64,000 bases of DNA from the human T2T-CHM13v2.0 reference genome, Homo sapiens. Each line of letters opens with the position of its first letter. The stretch's first letter is position 1. The stretch is taken from the NCBI RefSeq assembly GCF_009914755.1, contig NC_060933.1, one strand, 5' to 3'. The notes beneath the pieces are model-generated. The model had not been told where the DNA came from. It was given only the letters and a program-made list of their open reading frames with translations, and did not search any database. Shown in pieces: positions 28,887 through 42,800 of this stretch. A program made the translations under genes and the position numbers.

Positions 28887-29267
28887 TGCTATGGTTTGAG
28901 TATTGGTGTCCCTCCACAATTAGTGATGAAACTTAAACCCCAATACACTAGTATTAAGCAGTGGGGCCTGTAGTAAATGATTAGGCATTGAGGGCTCCAC
29001 GCCCATGAATGGGATTTGTGTTCTAACAAAAGGGCTTGAGGAAGCAAATTCGCCTTCCCCATTCCTTCTATCTCTTCTGCCATGTGAGGATACAGAAACA
29101 AGGCACCATCTTTGAAGCAGAGCATGGGCCCTCGCCAGACACCAAATCTGCTGGCACCTTGGTCTTGGACTTACTTGCCAGCCTCTAAAACTGTGAACAG
29201 TAAATTTCTATTATTTGTGAATTATCTGTAATTTGCTTTGTTAAAGCTGCCCAAATGTACTAAGACA
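28887..29267 (+). mobile_element. MaLR solo LTR (MSTD/MLT1A-like)
   Basis: TG...CA termini (tgctatggtttg...actaagaca); internal gacaccaaatctgctggcaccttggtcttggactt. Confidence 0.9.
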
Positions 29268-30663
29268 GAGTCTTTTTGATTTTGCTGTCTACCTATCTTT
29301 CTCTATTTTAAGAATTAAGTGTTGGACTTATAAAAAGGGGCACAATTTGAAATTCTCGAGTTAGTCTTACTGAAATTAACATGATAAAACGTTCTAAATC
29401 ATAGAATTTTCTGTGGGGTGCTTTTTTAGTTTGGAAAAATTTTAAACTTCCTTTACTACTTCAAAGATACTTTATTAATTTGCTAGAATGCAGCTCACCC
29501 TATATTGTCTTATTGGTAAAAATATGCAAGAAGCACGTGATCTCTTTCTACTGTTTAGGTTTTACAAAACAGGTGTTCATGCATCTACCTAAGAGAGTTT
29601 GTTTTAGGTGCTTCAGATTTCCTGTGAGGGGTTTAGGGGGTTGCATAGTAAAGCATTAGGTAACAAAAGAAAATGACCTTCCTCTGAAGCAATCATTTTT
29701 GTTGTATTGTCTTCTCACTACTACTGTGATGAACACTTGGAGATGCCTGCCACTTTGAGGTTCGGGGTTACATTCCATTTTAATTCAAAAGAGATAAAAT
29801 GATTGTTACTGTCTAGTCATTAAGAAGTCATTTTCCTAATTGTATTTGACACATATTATGCTATTCTACTGGCAAAATTTGATTATTTTTAACCCTTAAG
29901 AGAGATAACAAAAATATGGGAAATAATCCACTTGACTGTCTCAAGAATAAAGAGACTGCTTTTGTTTTTCTTTCCTCGAATGCTACAACAATTTGTATAT
30001 TCCTTGGACCTTATTGGAGCCTTAGTCTTGGTGGCTATGCCCTGTATCCAAGGTATAGCCTTCGAAGAACAAGGAAAGGGCTAGTTTTACACTTCCAGCT
30101 TCCTTTGGAAGCTGCCTGTTAATAGTGATGACGTTATCAAGTGTCAGGTTGCAGTTTGCCATCATGGAAGGACCTATGCTGGGGCATGAGAAGCTCGCAA
30201 AGACTCCTTTCCAGCACTTGAATTAATGACAGGCTGGGCTTTTATCACTGACAGATGCTGTAAAATAGTACAAGGTAATCAGGGTTATAGGATGGGGGGA
30301 ATTTAATTCCAACATGGCATGAATTTGGACAGCTTTGTGAGAGACATCATATTTGACCTGGTGAAGATTGGATGGTGTTTTGGAAGTATATATTTGGAAG
30401 GAGAGAGTCAGCAACCTGAGTAAAGATGGGGGCTAGATGTGGTAAGGTGTTTTTGACAGTCACTTCTGAGTGATTTGAGGTGTAGTGTGTTTAGAAGGGT
30501 GGGTGGAGCTGGGCTATGAAGTGTCTTGAAAGTTTTAGAGAGTTATCCGACCTTTTTTATTCTGAGTGATGGGGAGCCTGTGAGCATTTTAAAGAAGAGG
30601 TTCAATATAAACTTCTGAAGGACAGTGGTAAAAATATAATGTGTTTGCAATTTTAATGAGAGT

Positions 30664-30866
30664 TTTTTTTTTTTTGAAACAGGGTCTTGCTTTATCACAA
30701 GGGCTCAAATGATCCTCCTGCCACAGCCTTCCGAGCAGCTGGGACTTCTTAATTTGTTTTTTTATAGAGACAGGCCTCACTGTGTTGCCCTGGCTGGTCT
30801 CAAGTGATCCTCCTGCATTGGCCTCCCAAAGTGCTGGGATTATAGGAGTGAGCCACTGTGCCTGGC
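30664..30866 (-). mobile_element. AluJ-like with three internal deletions
   Basis: About 200 bp, yet it retains the tail, both arm ends and the 5' end. Confidence 0.85.
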
Positions 30867-33076
30867 TGATATTTTTCTTTATTGGCTAATTCGTTTGACC
30901 AGATGAAATTCTTTTTCTTTATCCAGCAAATATATATTAAGCTTTAGTTACAGGCAAGATAATTTATATGTGTGAATAAAATATGAATAAAGCCAGTTCT
31001 AACTTACAAAGAGATTTTAGCAGGATGTTTTATTTTATTTCTGTTTTAAGCATTGAATGTTGCATACTTACTAAGAGGATTATGTCTTCTAAAATGGACC
31101 TTCTTGTTTTTAGAAATTTTGATCACCTTTGAATAGGTTCTATTTTGGCTAAGCAACTTTCAAAGCAACAGCACTGTATTTTTCTGTGCTTGGTGGATGG
31201 ACAAATGTTTGTAGATTAGAGTAGAAACATCCCAGTTTCATTAATTTTTCTCTCTGGTTTTGGGGAAATGATACAAAGTTGAATGAGGGAATCTGCCTAT
31301 TCATATTCCACCCACGAAGATTGTTGAGGTCATTCTGTTTTTTTTGTTGTTGTTGTTCAAGAGTTAAAATATCGTTTATATAGGTATGAATTATTTTCAT
31401 TGGCAGGAGTGAATTGGAGAATGTGGGAAGTTAGGCATGAATTGCAGGGCTGTGGGAGAGATGCTCAGGAAGGAAAATGGCTGTTGGGCAGCCCCTGCCT
31501 CCCTTACTCAGTCTTCTGGTCTTAATATGAGCACCATATAGGTATCCATATTCTCAGTTTCAGGCATGCCTTCCTCTGATCTACACCACCTGTCTCTCAA
31601 GCTCTTTTTCTCCACTACCCAAACTGTAGCATGCACTTGGACCCCAGTAGGGTTTAAAATCCATTGATCCTACTTTTCATGGTTGCTCACTCACCTCAAC
31701 TTCTTACTTCCCCCTTTCACTGGTTTCTATTGCATGATCCATCATTGTAAAGATACCTTTGGTTTCACACCTTGCCTTTCTTTCGCTTTGTTATACTCAT
31801 CTGGCAAAAATCCCCATCTTGTTCAACTTAGCTATTTCTCTTGCTTGTCCCTGTGTATCTGACCATGGCTGGAGATAAGCATGCAGCCATCCCATTTCCT
31901 ATCCCTAAATTCTAGGACTCCAATGAGTTGTTCACGATGCCCAGCAGTCCAGCCATGTTCCCGAGTTCGTTGGCTCTCCCTCTCTCCTCCTGTCTCCATC
32001 CTCATTCTTTGCTGATTGTCTTGCTTCTCATCTCATTGAGAAAATAGAGAACTTCTGCAGACTGCACACAGCACATTTTCCTACCTATCAGTCCCGGTGC
32101 CCATACACTTGAACTCCCATTCTTTTACCTGATTGAATTGTTTATGGGTCTAAGTGAGGCCACTTGTGCACTTGACCCCAGCCCCTCTTGCAACTTGAAG
32201 ACCATTGTCCAGGCATCTCAATTCTTCATTCACTGCATCATCACGTTTTCCTTCTCCACTAGATCAGTCTCATCAGCATACAAGCTGTTATTTCTCCCAT
32301 TTGAAAAATATCTTCTCTTTTTTAAAAATATAAACTTTTATTTTAGGTTCAGAGGGTAGATGTGCAGGTTTGTTACATTGGTATATTGTGTGATGCTGAG
32401 GTTTGGGGTACAATTGATCTCATCACCCAGGCAGTGAACATAGTACCCAAAAGGTAGCTTTTTTTAGCCTTTGCCGTACTCCCTCTCTCATTCTGGTAGT
32501 CCCCAGTGTCTACAGTTCCCATCTTTGTGTCAATGTGTATCCAATGTTTAGCTTCTACTTACAAGTGAGAACATGTGGTATTTGGTTTTTTGTTCTTAGG
32601 TTAATTTTCTTAGGATAACGGCCTCCACCTGCATCTGTGTTGCTGCAAAGGACATGATTTTATTCTTTTTATGGCTGCATAGTATTCCATGATGTGTATG
32701 TACCATATTTTCTTCATCCAGTCTACTGTGGATGGGCACTTAGGTTTAGTCCATGTTTTTGCTATTGTGAATAGCACTGTGATGAATATAGAGTGCATGT
32801 GTCTTTTTGGTAGAATCATTTCTTTTCTTTTGGGTATATACCCATCAATAGGATTGCTGGGTCAGTTGGTAGGTCTGTTTTAAGTTCTTAGAGAAATCTC
32901 CAAACAGCTTTCCATAGTGGTTGAATTAATTTACATCCCTACCAGCAGTGTATGTGTTCCCCCTTCTCTACAGCCTCACTAGCATGTATTATTTTTTGAC
33001 TTTTTAGTAATAATAGGAATTCTGACTGGTTTGAGATGGTAGCTCATTGTGGTTTTGATTTGCATTTCTCTAATGA

Positions 33077-33458
<382 letters not shown>

Positions 33459-33520
33459 TACTCACTTTTCATTGGGGTTGTTTTTTGCTTGTTGTTTTAA
33501 GTTTCTTACAGATTCTGAAT

Positions 33521-33528
33521 TTTCTTTT

Positions 33529-33580
<52 letters not shown>

Positions 33581-33627
33581 TTCTTTCTTTCTTTCTGTCT
33601 CTATCTCTCTCTTTCTTTCTTTCTTTC
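33521..33627. repeat. (TTTC)n simple repeat inside L1
   Basis: Direct reading. Confidence 0.93.
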
Positions 33628-33852
33628 ATTGAGATTTTGGATATTAGACCTTTGTCAGATGTATAGTGTGCAAATATTATCTCCCATTATGTAAGCTGTC
33701 TGTTTACTTTGTTGATAGTTCCTTTTGCTGTGCAGAAGCTTGAAAAAAAAATCTTAATCCCTCTTTCCATCTTACCTGCTATCCCTTTTCTTTGTTTTTC
33801 TATTTAACAATACTTTGAAAGAAGAATTGCCTATATTTCATCTTTCAATTTC

Positions 33853-34186
<334 letters not shown>

Positions 34187-34279
34187 ATATTTATTTTTCT
34201 ATTCTCTCTTTAAATACCATAGCCTTTTACCTACTCCATGCTATCAGAACTGCTTTTGTCAAAGTCAGTGGTCATTCAT

Positions 34280-34667
34280 TGTGGAATTGCCTGACAAGTT
34301 CTTCCTGCCTGCTACAAAGGCAAAATCTGTTCACTAAGTCTGTGGCATTGCAGTAAAGAAAGAGTTTAATTGATGTGAGGCCAGCCCATGCAGAAGAACT
34401 GGAGTTGTCACTCCAAAGCCTTGGAGGTTAGGGTTTTTATGGACAATTTGGTGGGCAGGGGGCTAGGGAATGGGTGCTGGTGATTGTTTGGGGATGAAAT
34501 CATAGGGGTGTGGAAAGCAGTCCTCATGTGCTGAGTCCACTCAGGATCAGTTGTGCCATGACTCATGAGTCCCATGGGGTCAGTCTGAAAAACAGTTCAA
34601 AAAAGAAAATAAAAAAACAGTCTTAGGTTTTATAATAGTGATGTTATCTGTAGAAGCAATTGGGAAG

Positions 34668-34669
<2 letters not shown>
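34280..34669 (-). mobile_element. ERV1 LTR fragment (LTR8-family-like)
   Basis: ttcttcctgcctgc...gcattgcagtaaagaaagagtttaattga...tttggtgggcagggggctagggaatgggtgctg. Confidence 0.75.
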
Positions 34670-34882
<213 letters not shown>

Positions 34883-34899
34883 TCAATATAAAGAAATAG

Positions 34900-35247
34900 A
34901 AACTTGTATATCATCCTGACAAAATAGGTTATTGGAGGTGGAGGGGTGAAAGCGGAATTCTTTTGAGGAAATTACCAGGGAGAGTGAATGAAATCAGGGA
35001 ACAGATTAATTTGTACATTATCTTGTGAAAGGGTCTGAAGGTGTGCTTACATTCTTGGTCTTGCACAGAGGGAAAGAAAAACATTTGTTCTGCTTGGTGG
35101 GTCTGGATCTTAGGCAGGTAAAGGAACTACTTCACCTTCTTTGAAAGGGACTGGGGCCAGGAGGAAGTCAGAGAGGCCTTGAGGTTTCTTCCCCTGCAGT
35201 ATGTCAAAATGGCATGTTTTGAGGTATCAGTTTTCTGAGCCCCAACA
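34900..35247 (-). mobile_element. ERV1 (MER4-group, MER31/67-like) LTR terminal fragment
   Basis: End motif gtcagagaggccttgagg...tgtcaaaatggcatgttttgaggtatcagttttctgagccccaaca. Confidence 0.6.
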
Positions 35248-36724
35248 CCAAATTATATTATTTAAAAATTCTCATCTTACATGACCTCCTGGCAGCACTT
35301 GATAAAGTTGTTCCTTTATTATTTTTTTAAATCGGCTTTTCTCCTTGCTTTCTGAGATGGTACACATTTCTTGTTTCCGTCTGCCTTACATGGTCTTCCC
35401 TTCTCGGTCAGTTTTGTTGGTTCCTTTTTCTTTGATACCTTCGAGAGCTTTAGGGCTTAGTCCTCAGGTTTCATTTTCTTGTCTACACGAATTACCTTAT
35501 GATCAAATTCAGTCTTGCAACTTTAAATATTATCTGTATGCTGATTACTAATGACTACTAAAATTTGTATCTTTAGCCTGGACTTTTCCTTGGAACCCAC
35601 AAACTCCTGCCATGAAATCAAGGCTGATTACTTCACACGTCCGCTTGGATGTTGATGGGCTTCACAAACGTTAACAAGCCCAGAAAGTGCTGTCAAAAGA
35701 CTTCTCCACCTCATTTAGTGGCAACTCTGTTTCTCCAGTTGCTCAGGCCAAACACTCTGGGAGTCATCACTGCTCACTCGCTTTCTGTTTAATCACACAC
35801 CCAATCAATTCTGTTGGCTCTAGAATCTCTGGGATGCCCACTGCTCACCACACTCACCACTATTACTCTGGTCCAACCACTATAAGTCATTGGCCTGGCT
35901 ATGCCAGTGGGTTTCACAGTCTTACTATTTCTCTCTATTCTTTATTCGGCAGCCAGCATGACAGCTTTAAAACCATTTGTCAGATTGTGTATACTTCTGC
36001 TCAGAATCTCCCCTTCCTAGCTTCCCATCTCGCTTCCATTAAAATTTAATATGCTTACCATGGTGAGCAAATGCTACGTGATCACTCCCTGCCCCAACCC
36101 CTACCCCCCATCTTTGACTTCGAGTTTTACCTCCATGACCCTTGCCCACTCTGTACCAACACAGTAAGGCACATTAATGCCCTAGGTCCCCCAGGTTCCA
36201 TGATCCTTTTCCCAGAATACCCCTCCCCAATCTGCATGGCTCGGTCCCTCCCTTCTCTGAAGTATTGTTCAAATGTCATCTTCTCACTGATATCATTTCT
36301 CAATTTGAATTGGAACCCTCTTCACAATCCCAAGCTCTGTGAAGGGGATTTTGCCTTATTCACACCTGTATGCCCAGTGCCTAGCACCATAACTTGTACA
36401 TAGTACACGTTCAGCAAATATTTGCTGCATGAATGAATGAATGTATGATGACAGAATGAAGCATGCAGACTTTTAACTTACACAGTTTAGCCCAATCTTA
36501 GCTGCTGCTGCTATGTTTTTGTGAATTTCTATCTAATTCCTATCTTAATTTTTTGTTTTATGCAATGTTATAACACTGAACATTTCTAATTTCTTTTACC
36601 TTTGCCCTTATGCAGGGCATGTGCATAGTACTATCATGGTTATAGTCATAAGGAAAGCCACCCTGTTGCAAGATTTCCTATCACAGGTTTCTGATTACAT
36701 TTACTGTTTTTTTCCCCCCCATTA

Positions 36725-37114
<390 letters not shown>

Positions 37115-38589
37115 TCACTAAGTTTCTTTCACTGTCACTAATAATTGAACTTCAGCCAGAAATTCAGGAAGAGATGCTTATCTCTCCCTCTCTGACTCAA
37201 GCCACTTAAACTGTGCGTTAGCTACAGAAATGGATGCACATTAGATTTGTTTCCAAAGTGATGTTTCCAAATTAACTTAAAAGGCAGTGTCACAGGGTGA
37301 TGTCTCAATAAATCCTCTCATTTCTTGTTTTGTCATATGCTTTAGATTCTCCTCAGGTATGAATTTTCTCCCCTCTAAATCTATTTTATGGGTATTTATT
37401 TGGTAAAGCCTGTTTGATTTAATGTTTTTACTCTTTACGGGTTTGTAAAGCACTGCCTCCTCCCCACTTCACCTGGGGGCCGAGATTATGGTTATACAAT
37501 AGCTCGTTTGTTACATATGCAAAGCATTGGAATCAGACAGATTTTTTTTTTTTAATCTTAAAAAAATTCTGCAAAGAATGTTGCACTGTTGCTGCATGTG
37601 ACCCTCTTTTCTGGCTATTGTGACTAATAATTGCACAAGTATGGTTTGTAGTTGCAGTTTCCGTTTAAATGTTTTTTTTTCCTTTGAGATACTTCATTTA
37701 TACTGACTTTTTTTCTGAGTGGCTATCTTATGAGCGCAGCTTGAATTTTAAGATTAATATGAATGTGCATCACTAGTGAATTGTATTCTTGGATTTATTT
37801 GAATGAGTGAATGACTGAATGATTACAATGACAGAATGAAGGTGCAAACTTTTACTTTCCATGAATTCCAAGAATTGTATTCTTATTTGCCGAGGGATCA
37901 TCAAGAGACAGAACATAGAATACCCATACATTACAGGCAAGTTCTTCAGAGTCTTGTGGGGTTTGACATCTGAACTAATGGCTTGTAATTAATGACCAAA
38001 AAATAAGTCATTAATATAATTCCATCAAATGGCTCTTTATCTTGTTTTGTATGTATGTGTGTTGTCATTATTGTTTGTTTGATTGTTTCAAATGCTTCCT
38101 GTGTCAATGACTGCAGAATCCAGTCTTCTCTTTTTGGGGGCAGAGAACCAAGGGGGACCACTGTGTCTTCAGCACATTGGATTTCATCTTTATCTGTAAG
38201 AGAAAAAAGCAGGAATCTGAGAAGAGACCGATGCTTATGGCTGCTGCAGCCTTTCAGGTGGGGCATGGGATTCTTCTTTCCCTCCTCAGATATTTAGAAA
38301 TTTCTTGGTAAGTTTTTTGAACAGTTCTCAGCATGTCTTCCTCAGGTGCCTTAGGCGAGACAATGTTTACTTCTTATAAAGCTCAGATATGGTAATCCAG
38401 AATCCTTTTTCTAATAGCTGCTGGCTTTCTCTTTTTTTAAAAAAAGTTAGCTGTGGTTTTATATTTTAATACAGAATAAGAACATACTGGAGAGAGAAAG
38501 TGGTTACTGGTTGCATGTGCTTTTTTGTTTGTTTAATCCATCGTGACAGATGGTGTGGACTAGTTTAATATACTGAACAGTGTTTGTGC

Positions 38590-39010
38590 TTGTTAGTTGC
38601 AGTTTGTGCCTCCAAGTCCACTTTGCCCTAGTCTCTTACCTGTCTGCCCAGGGTTGCAGATCTGTATGGGCCACCACCACAGGCCCCCTTTCCCTCTGGC
38701 TTCTGGTAGAGCCCAGGCAGGAAATTGCAAGAGGAGGAGAGTGAGGGCCCAGGGCTGCAGCGCTCTGTTGGACTTGCCTCACACCATCCTCTGTTGCTCT
38801 GTCCTTAGTTTGGGGAATTACACTCTTCTCTAGTCCTTTTAGGACTAGATTATTGACACCTCAGTTGTTAGCTGGCCTGGGGCACCACTCTGTCTATCCT
38901 CTGGTTTTTCTGTACCTTGCCCACGCCAATTCAGTCCCTTAATTAGATCTTCTCTGATTATTCCAACGTTGAATGTTACACTTGTGTTCTGCTGGGGTAC
39001 CGATGCATAA
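38590..39010 (+). mobile_element. Ancient ERVL LTR (LTR33-like)
   Basis: gatctgtatgggcc...ccctctggcttctggtagag...ggaggagagtgagggc...ctagtccttttaggactag...taccttgcccac. Confidence 0.6.
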
Positions 39011-39701
39011 TGTGTCATCCTGGGAAACTCCTGTGGATTTTGTCTGAGGAGTTTTTATTAAACACAAAAACTTAAAATGTTTAAAGTTATTTTCCCTGTA
39101 TATTCTTTTTTTTGGTTTCTGCATTCCACTTTGCTATTAACATGAAAATAAGATAGGCTGTCCACTATATATTTTTTTCAATGAATATTTGGGGTGGTGG
39201 AGCATTTTGTTGGTCAGAGTACAGCCTTTAGTTCTAATAATAATGTGTTCTGACAGTGGTTATTTTAAAACACGTTTTGGTAGAAGTGTTGATGTTTTGT
39301 ATTAGTGAATCTTAGGCTTCCTACTTCTGAAGTTCTGAAATGAACCAGGTGTATAAGAATGAACATTCAACGAAACATGCATCCTTTTTAAAATTTAGCT
39401 TTCTAGTACAGACCATGCATTTTTCCTCTTTGAACTCTTTCATGGATGCCAAGCAGTGCCTCACTGGAAGTCCTTATCATCGTGCGTAAACATCCAGGGC
39501 TGTCACTGTTGGCGATACAGCTCATGTGAGAGCTGTGGCAGAGCTTCAGATGGAATAATTATGAACAGCATTGTAGGAGGTAGTTGCTATGGGAAAATAT
39601 AATAATGGAGGTCAAATAAAGGAGACACAAGCTTTCATCAGTTGGGCGTCTTCATTTTCTTTTGGCGAAGAGAAGCTCAGTTCTCTTTGTAAATTAAAAG
39701 C

Positions 39702-39901
39702 TTTTTTTCTTTCCTTCCCTTTCCCTTTCCCCTTCCTCCTTTCCCCTTTTCCCCTTCCCCCTTCCCCCTCCTCCCCTCTTTTCAAATAAGGACATATTCT
39801 CACCATCTTGCTCATGCTGCTTTCAATCTCCTGGCATCAAGCAGTCCTCCCACCTTGGCCTCCCGAAGTTCTGGTACAAGTGGGAGCCACCATGCCTGGG
39901 C
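39702..39901 (-). mobile_element. Old Alu monomer (FLAM) with an ~80-bp polypyrimidine/polypurine tail
   Basis: C/T-only tract 39702-39783, then caagcagtcctcccaccttggcctcccgaag...gagccaccatgcctgg. Confidence 0.8.
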
Positions 39902-40189
39902 AGACCCTCAGTTCTAAAACCGTCTTGGCTTGTTTACCATCAGCCCTTCACCGTTTCAGAAAGATGCTGTTTGGAGAACTGTAAGGGAATTTTCCAATTA
40001 GTTCTGTTTTTCTTTCTTTTTTTCATTAGCCCTCTCAGCTGACATGTGAGTTACATAAACTTTTTAATTGAGATTCATGTGTTCAAAATCATGTTTTAAT
40101 TTTGTTTTTGGTTTTGTGGTAGCTTGATATGATGTGGTACTACCTCTTGTGAAGTTTAAAGTTTGTATTTTATGAAAGGGCATTGGGAC

Positions 40190-40600
40190 GTGAAAAAATT
40201 CTGTTTTTTATCTTGAGCCGCAGCTTAGCTTGGGATATTAGGATTAGCAGTCACTGGAGTGGAACGTTTCCAGTGGCTTCCGTAAAGTACCCTGGATTCC
40301 TCTTCCCTGGATTACTAGAGAGCGGCTTCCGAGCATAGCCGCTGCGAACTGTAAAAGCTTGTGGTCAGTGAACTCAGTTAAGAAAGTGCTGGCGATGGTG
40401 AAAGTCAAGCCCCTTTAGATGGTGGTTCTTTCGTGGACCGGGTGCCTTCTCTTTGTGAGCAGATTACCCAGTTTGGCGTCAAGGGGCTGTTAGGCATTCC
40501 TTCTTCCAGGAAAACATTTCCTGAGGCTGTAGGACTCAACTATGAGAGGCAGTTGTGAAGGAGGAAAAATAATGTAAGAATTAACTGAGGTAATATAAGG
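40190..40600 (+). promoter_or_regulatory. Candidate intronic promoter/enhancer (CpG-retaining, non-repeat)
   Basis: About 12 CpGs in ~290 bp against a CpG-poor background; two ggcttccg (ETS-core) motifs; downstream donor-like sites. Confidence 0.4.
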
Positions 40601-40644
40601 CGTTTGTGAATAGAAACAAGTGGAGAAGCAGTTGTAGAGAGATA

Positions 40645-40650
<6 letters not shown>

Positions 40651-40687
<37 letters not shown>

Positions 40688-40697
40688 AAAAAAAAAA
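40651..40697 (+). repeat. Poly(A) tract A36-C-A10
   Basis: Direct reading; no Alu or L1 body recognised upstream. Confidence 0.95.
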
Positions 40698-41428
40698 GGA
40701 CCAAAATAAAAATGAATGAAAGGGACACATGAGGTGAAAAGTGGAATCTTTGTTCTGTGAGAGCTGGTTTTCATTTTTTTGCTCTGAAAATATTTTGTGG
40801 CCATATTCAGTTTCTTTTTGCATAATTAAAATTATATGATTGGCTTATAGCAGCAAGCAGTTACAGAATAAAAATGATTATTTCCTCCTCAGTGAGAATC
40901 CGCTCTTTCTAGTCTTAACCTCAGACTCTTATTTCTGCCTCATTCTTCACTCTAGCACGAGTAAGGAAGGCCGGGTGCTAAGAACACATGGTGGGAAAAC
41001 AAACAAATGCCTCCAGGCACTGCTTATCACAGCTATGGTTTAGAGAAACGGACATTCAGAAATCCAGCAACATTGGGGTATGTTTAGTAGTTTACAGATT
41101 GTTAAAAGAAACTCTTGATGTTTTCATTGATCTGTGAGGCTCCATATTATGGGGACTTATGGCTTGTAGTTCAGCAGTGGAAATCTGGCAATTCTTGACT
41201 GCATTACTGTCCTTTAATTGTTGCTTATTTTCTTATTCATAAACATGTCGAAGCTATTGGTAGATGCAATTAAATGTATACATGTTCATTTATCTTAATT
41301 ATTATTTATTAGATGGAGGGAAAATATATTGATTGGGTGACTATAGCTTTTTGGTAAAGCCAGCACAGATTTTAATCATTGTTAACAGAAGAAAATTAAC
41401 CCCTTAGATTCTATCCTTTCAAAAAAAA

Positions 41429-41435
41429 TTTTCTT

Positions 41436-41490
<55 letters not shown>

Positions 41491-41779
41491 GTTTTTTGAG
41501 ACAGAGTCTCTCTTTGTTGCCCTGGCTGTAGTGCAGTGGCATGGTCTTGGCTCACTGCAACCTCCTCTTCCCAGGCTCAAGTGATTCTTATGCCTCAGCC
41601 TCCTGAGTAGTTGGGATTACAGGCGCATGCCACCAAGCCTAGCTAATTTTTGTGTTTTTAGTAGAGATGGTGTTTTGCCGTGTTGGCCAGGCTAGTCTCG
41701 AACTTCGGGCCTCAAGTCATCCGCCTGCCTTGGCTTCCCAAAGTGCTGGGATTATAGGTGTGAGCTACTGCGCCCAGCC
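41429..41779 (-). mobile_element. Alu (AluS-like) with a (TCTA)n STR tail (~41436-41490)
   Basis: STR abuts ttttttgagacagagtctc; full Alu body follows. Confidence 0.93.
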
Positions 41780-42129
41780 TCTTTTTTCTAACATTTATTC
41801 CATATAGTAACTGTAGCTTCTATATTTTATAATGCTTCTGATCATGTTGACCTGTGGTGATAATGGAATTGATAATAAGTGATGTTAATTAGAATATGAG
41901 ATGTGTAGGACTTGCTCCCCAAAAGAAGACCCTTTCCTTTGAGGAGATCATCCCTCATCTACGTAGAGGCTTCCAGGGACCACACGAAACTGCTGGTCTC
42001 AGTTCTGCTCTTGGGAGAAATCACAATATGCCACTTTGTTTTTTCATCTACGTATCAACCCTCCACACAAGTGAACATGTCTCTCAGTTCCCACCCTGTT
42101 AGCCTTGTAAGAAGATTAAGTTCTTAGAC

Positions 42130-42800
42130 TTTTAGCATTGTGTCTCACCAATTTCCTTGCCCCTTCCCACTTCCCATTCTTCTCAAGGCATTCTAATCAC
42201 TATTTTGATCTGGCTGTTCCACTGAAACTGCTGTAATCATTGACCTATACATTTCCCAAAACAACCAACCAGTCTGTTCTCATTTCATTTGAACTTTTGG
42301 TATCATCCTACCACTTTGTCCTTCTTGAGAACATTCTTATCTTGGCTCCCACACCTTTACACTGTTGGAAAGAGTTGCTGTACTCACCATCTCTATTTTC
42401 TCACCACTTATTCTTTTTTTAGCCCACTCCAGTTGGGCTATCAAACAGCTTTTATCAAGGTCGTCTCTAGGCCAAAACCAGGAGTCAGTTCTTCATCCTC
42501 ATGTTACTCAACCCCTCACCCTCTCCATCCTTGCAACACATTCTTCTCATAACACTATACTCACCTTGTTTTCTTCCAGCTTTCCAGCCGTTATTTCACA
42601 GCCTCCTTTACCAGGCCTTCCAGTGTTAGAGAGCCAAAGAGCTCTGTCCTGAACTCGCCCCTCTTTCTTTACCTTCTTTATGTGGTCGTTTGTCTTCCTT
42701 ATACCAGAATGTAAGTCTCTTGCCAGCAGGCTTTAAGTCTGTCTTGTTTGTGCATGTATCTCTTGTCCAGAACAGGGCTGAGATATAGTAGGTGCTGCTT
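42130..42800 (+). mobile_element. L2 fragments
   Basis: tccactgaaactgctg...; 3' end ccagaatgtaagtctcttgccagcagg...tctgtcttgtttg...atatagtaggtgct. Confidence 0.65.

Noticed and set aside
32610-32819. L1 ORF2-like peptide as a functional gene
   Set aside because: It is a decayed, 5'-truncated L1 fragment.
37505-37530. Sox-Oct-like composite tttgttacatatgcaaag
   Set aside because: Non-canonical spacing and an imperfect octamer.
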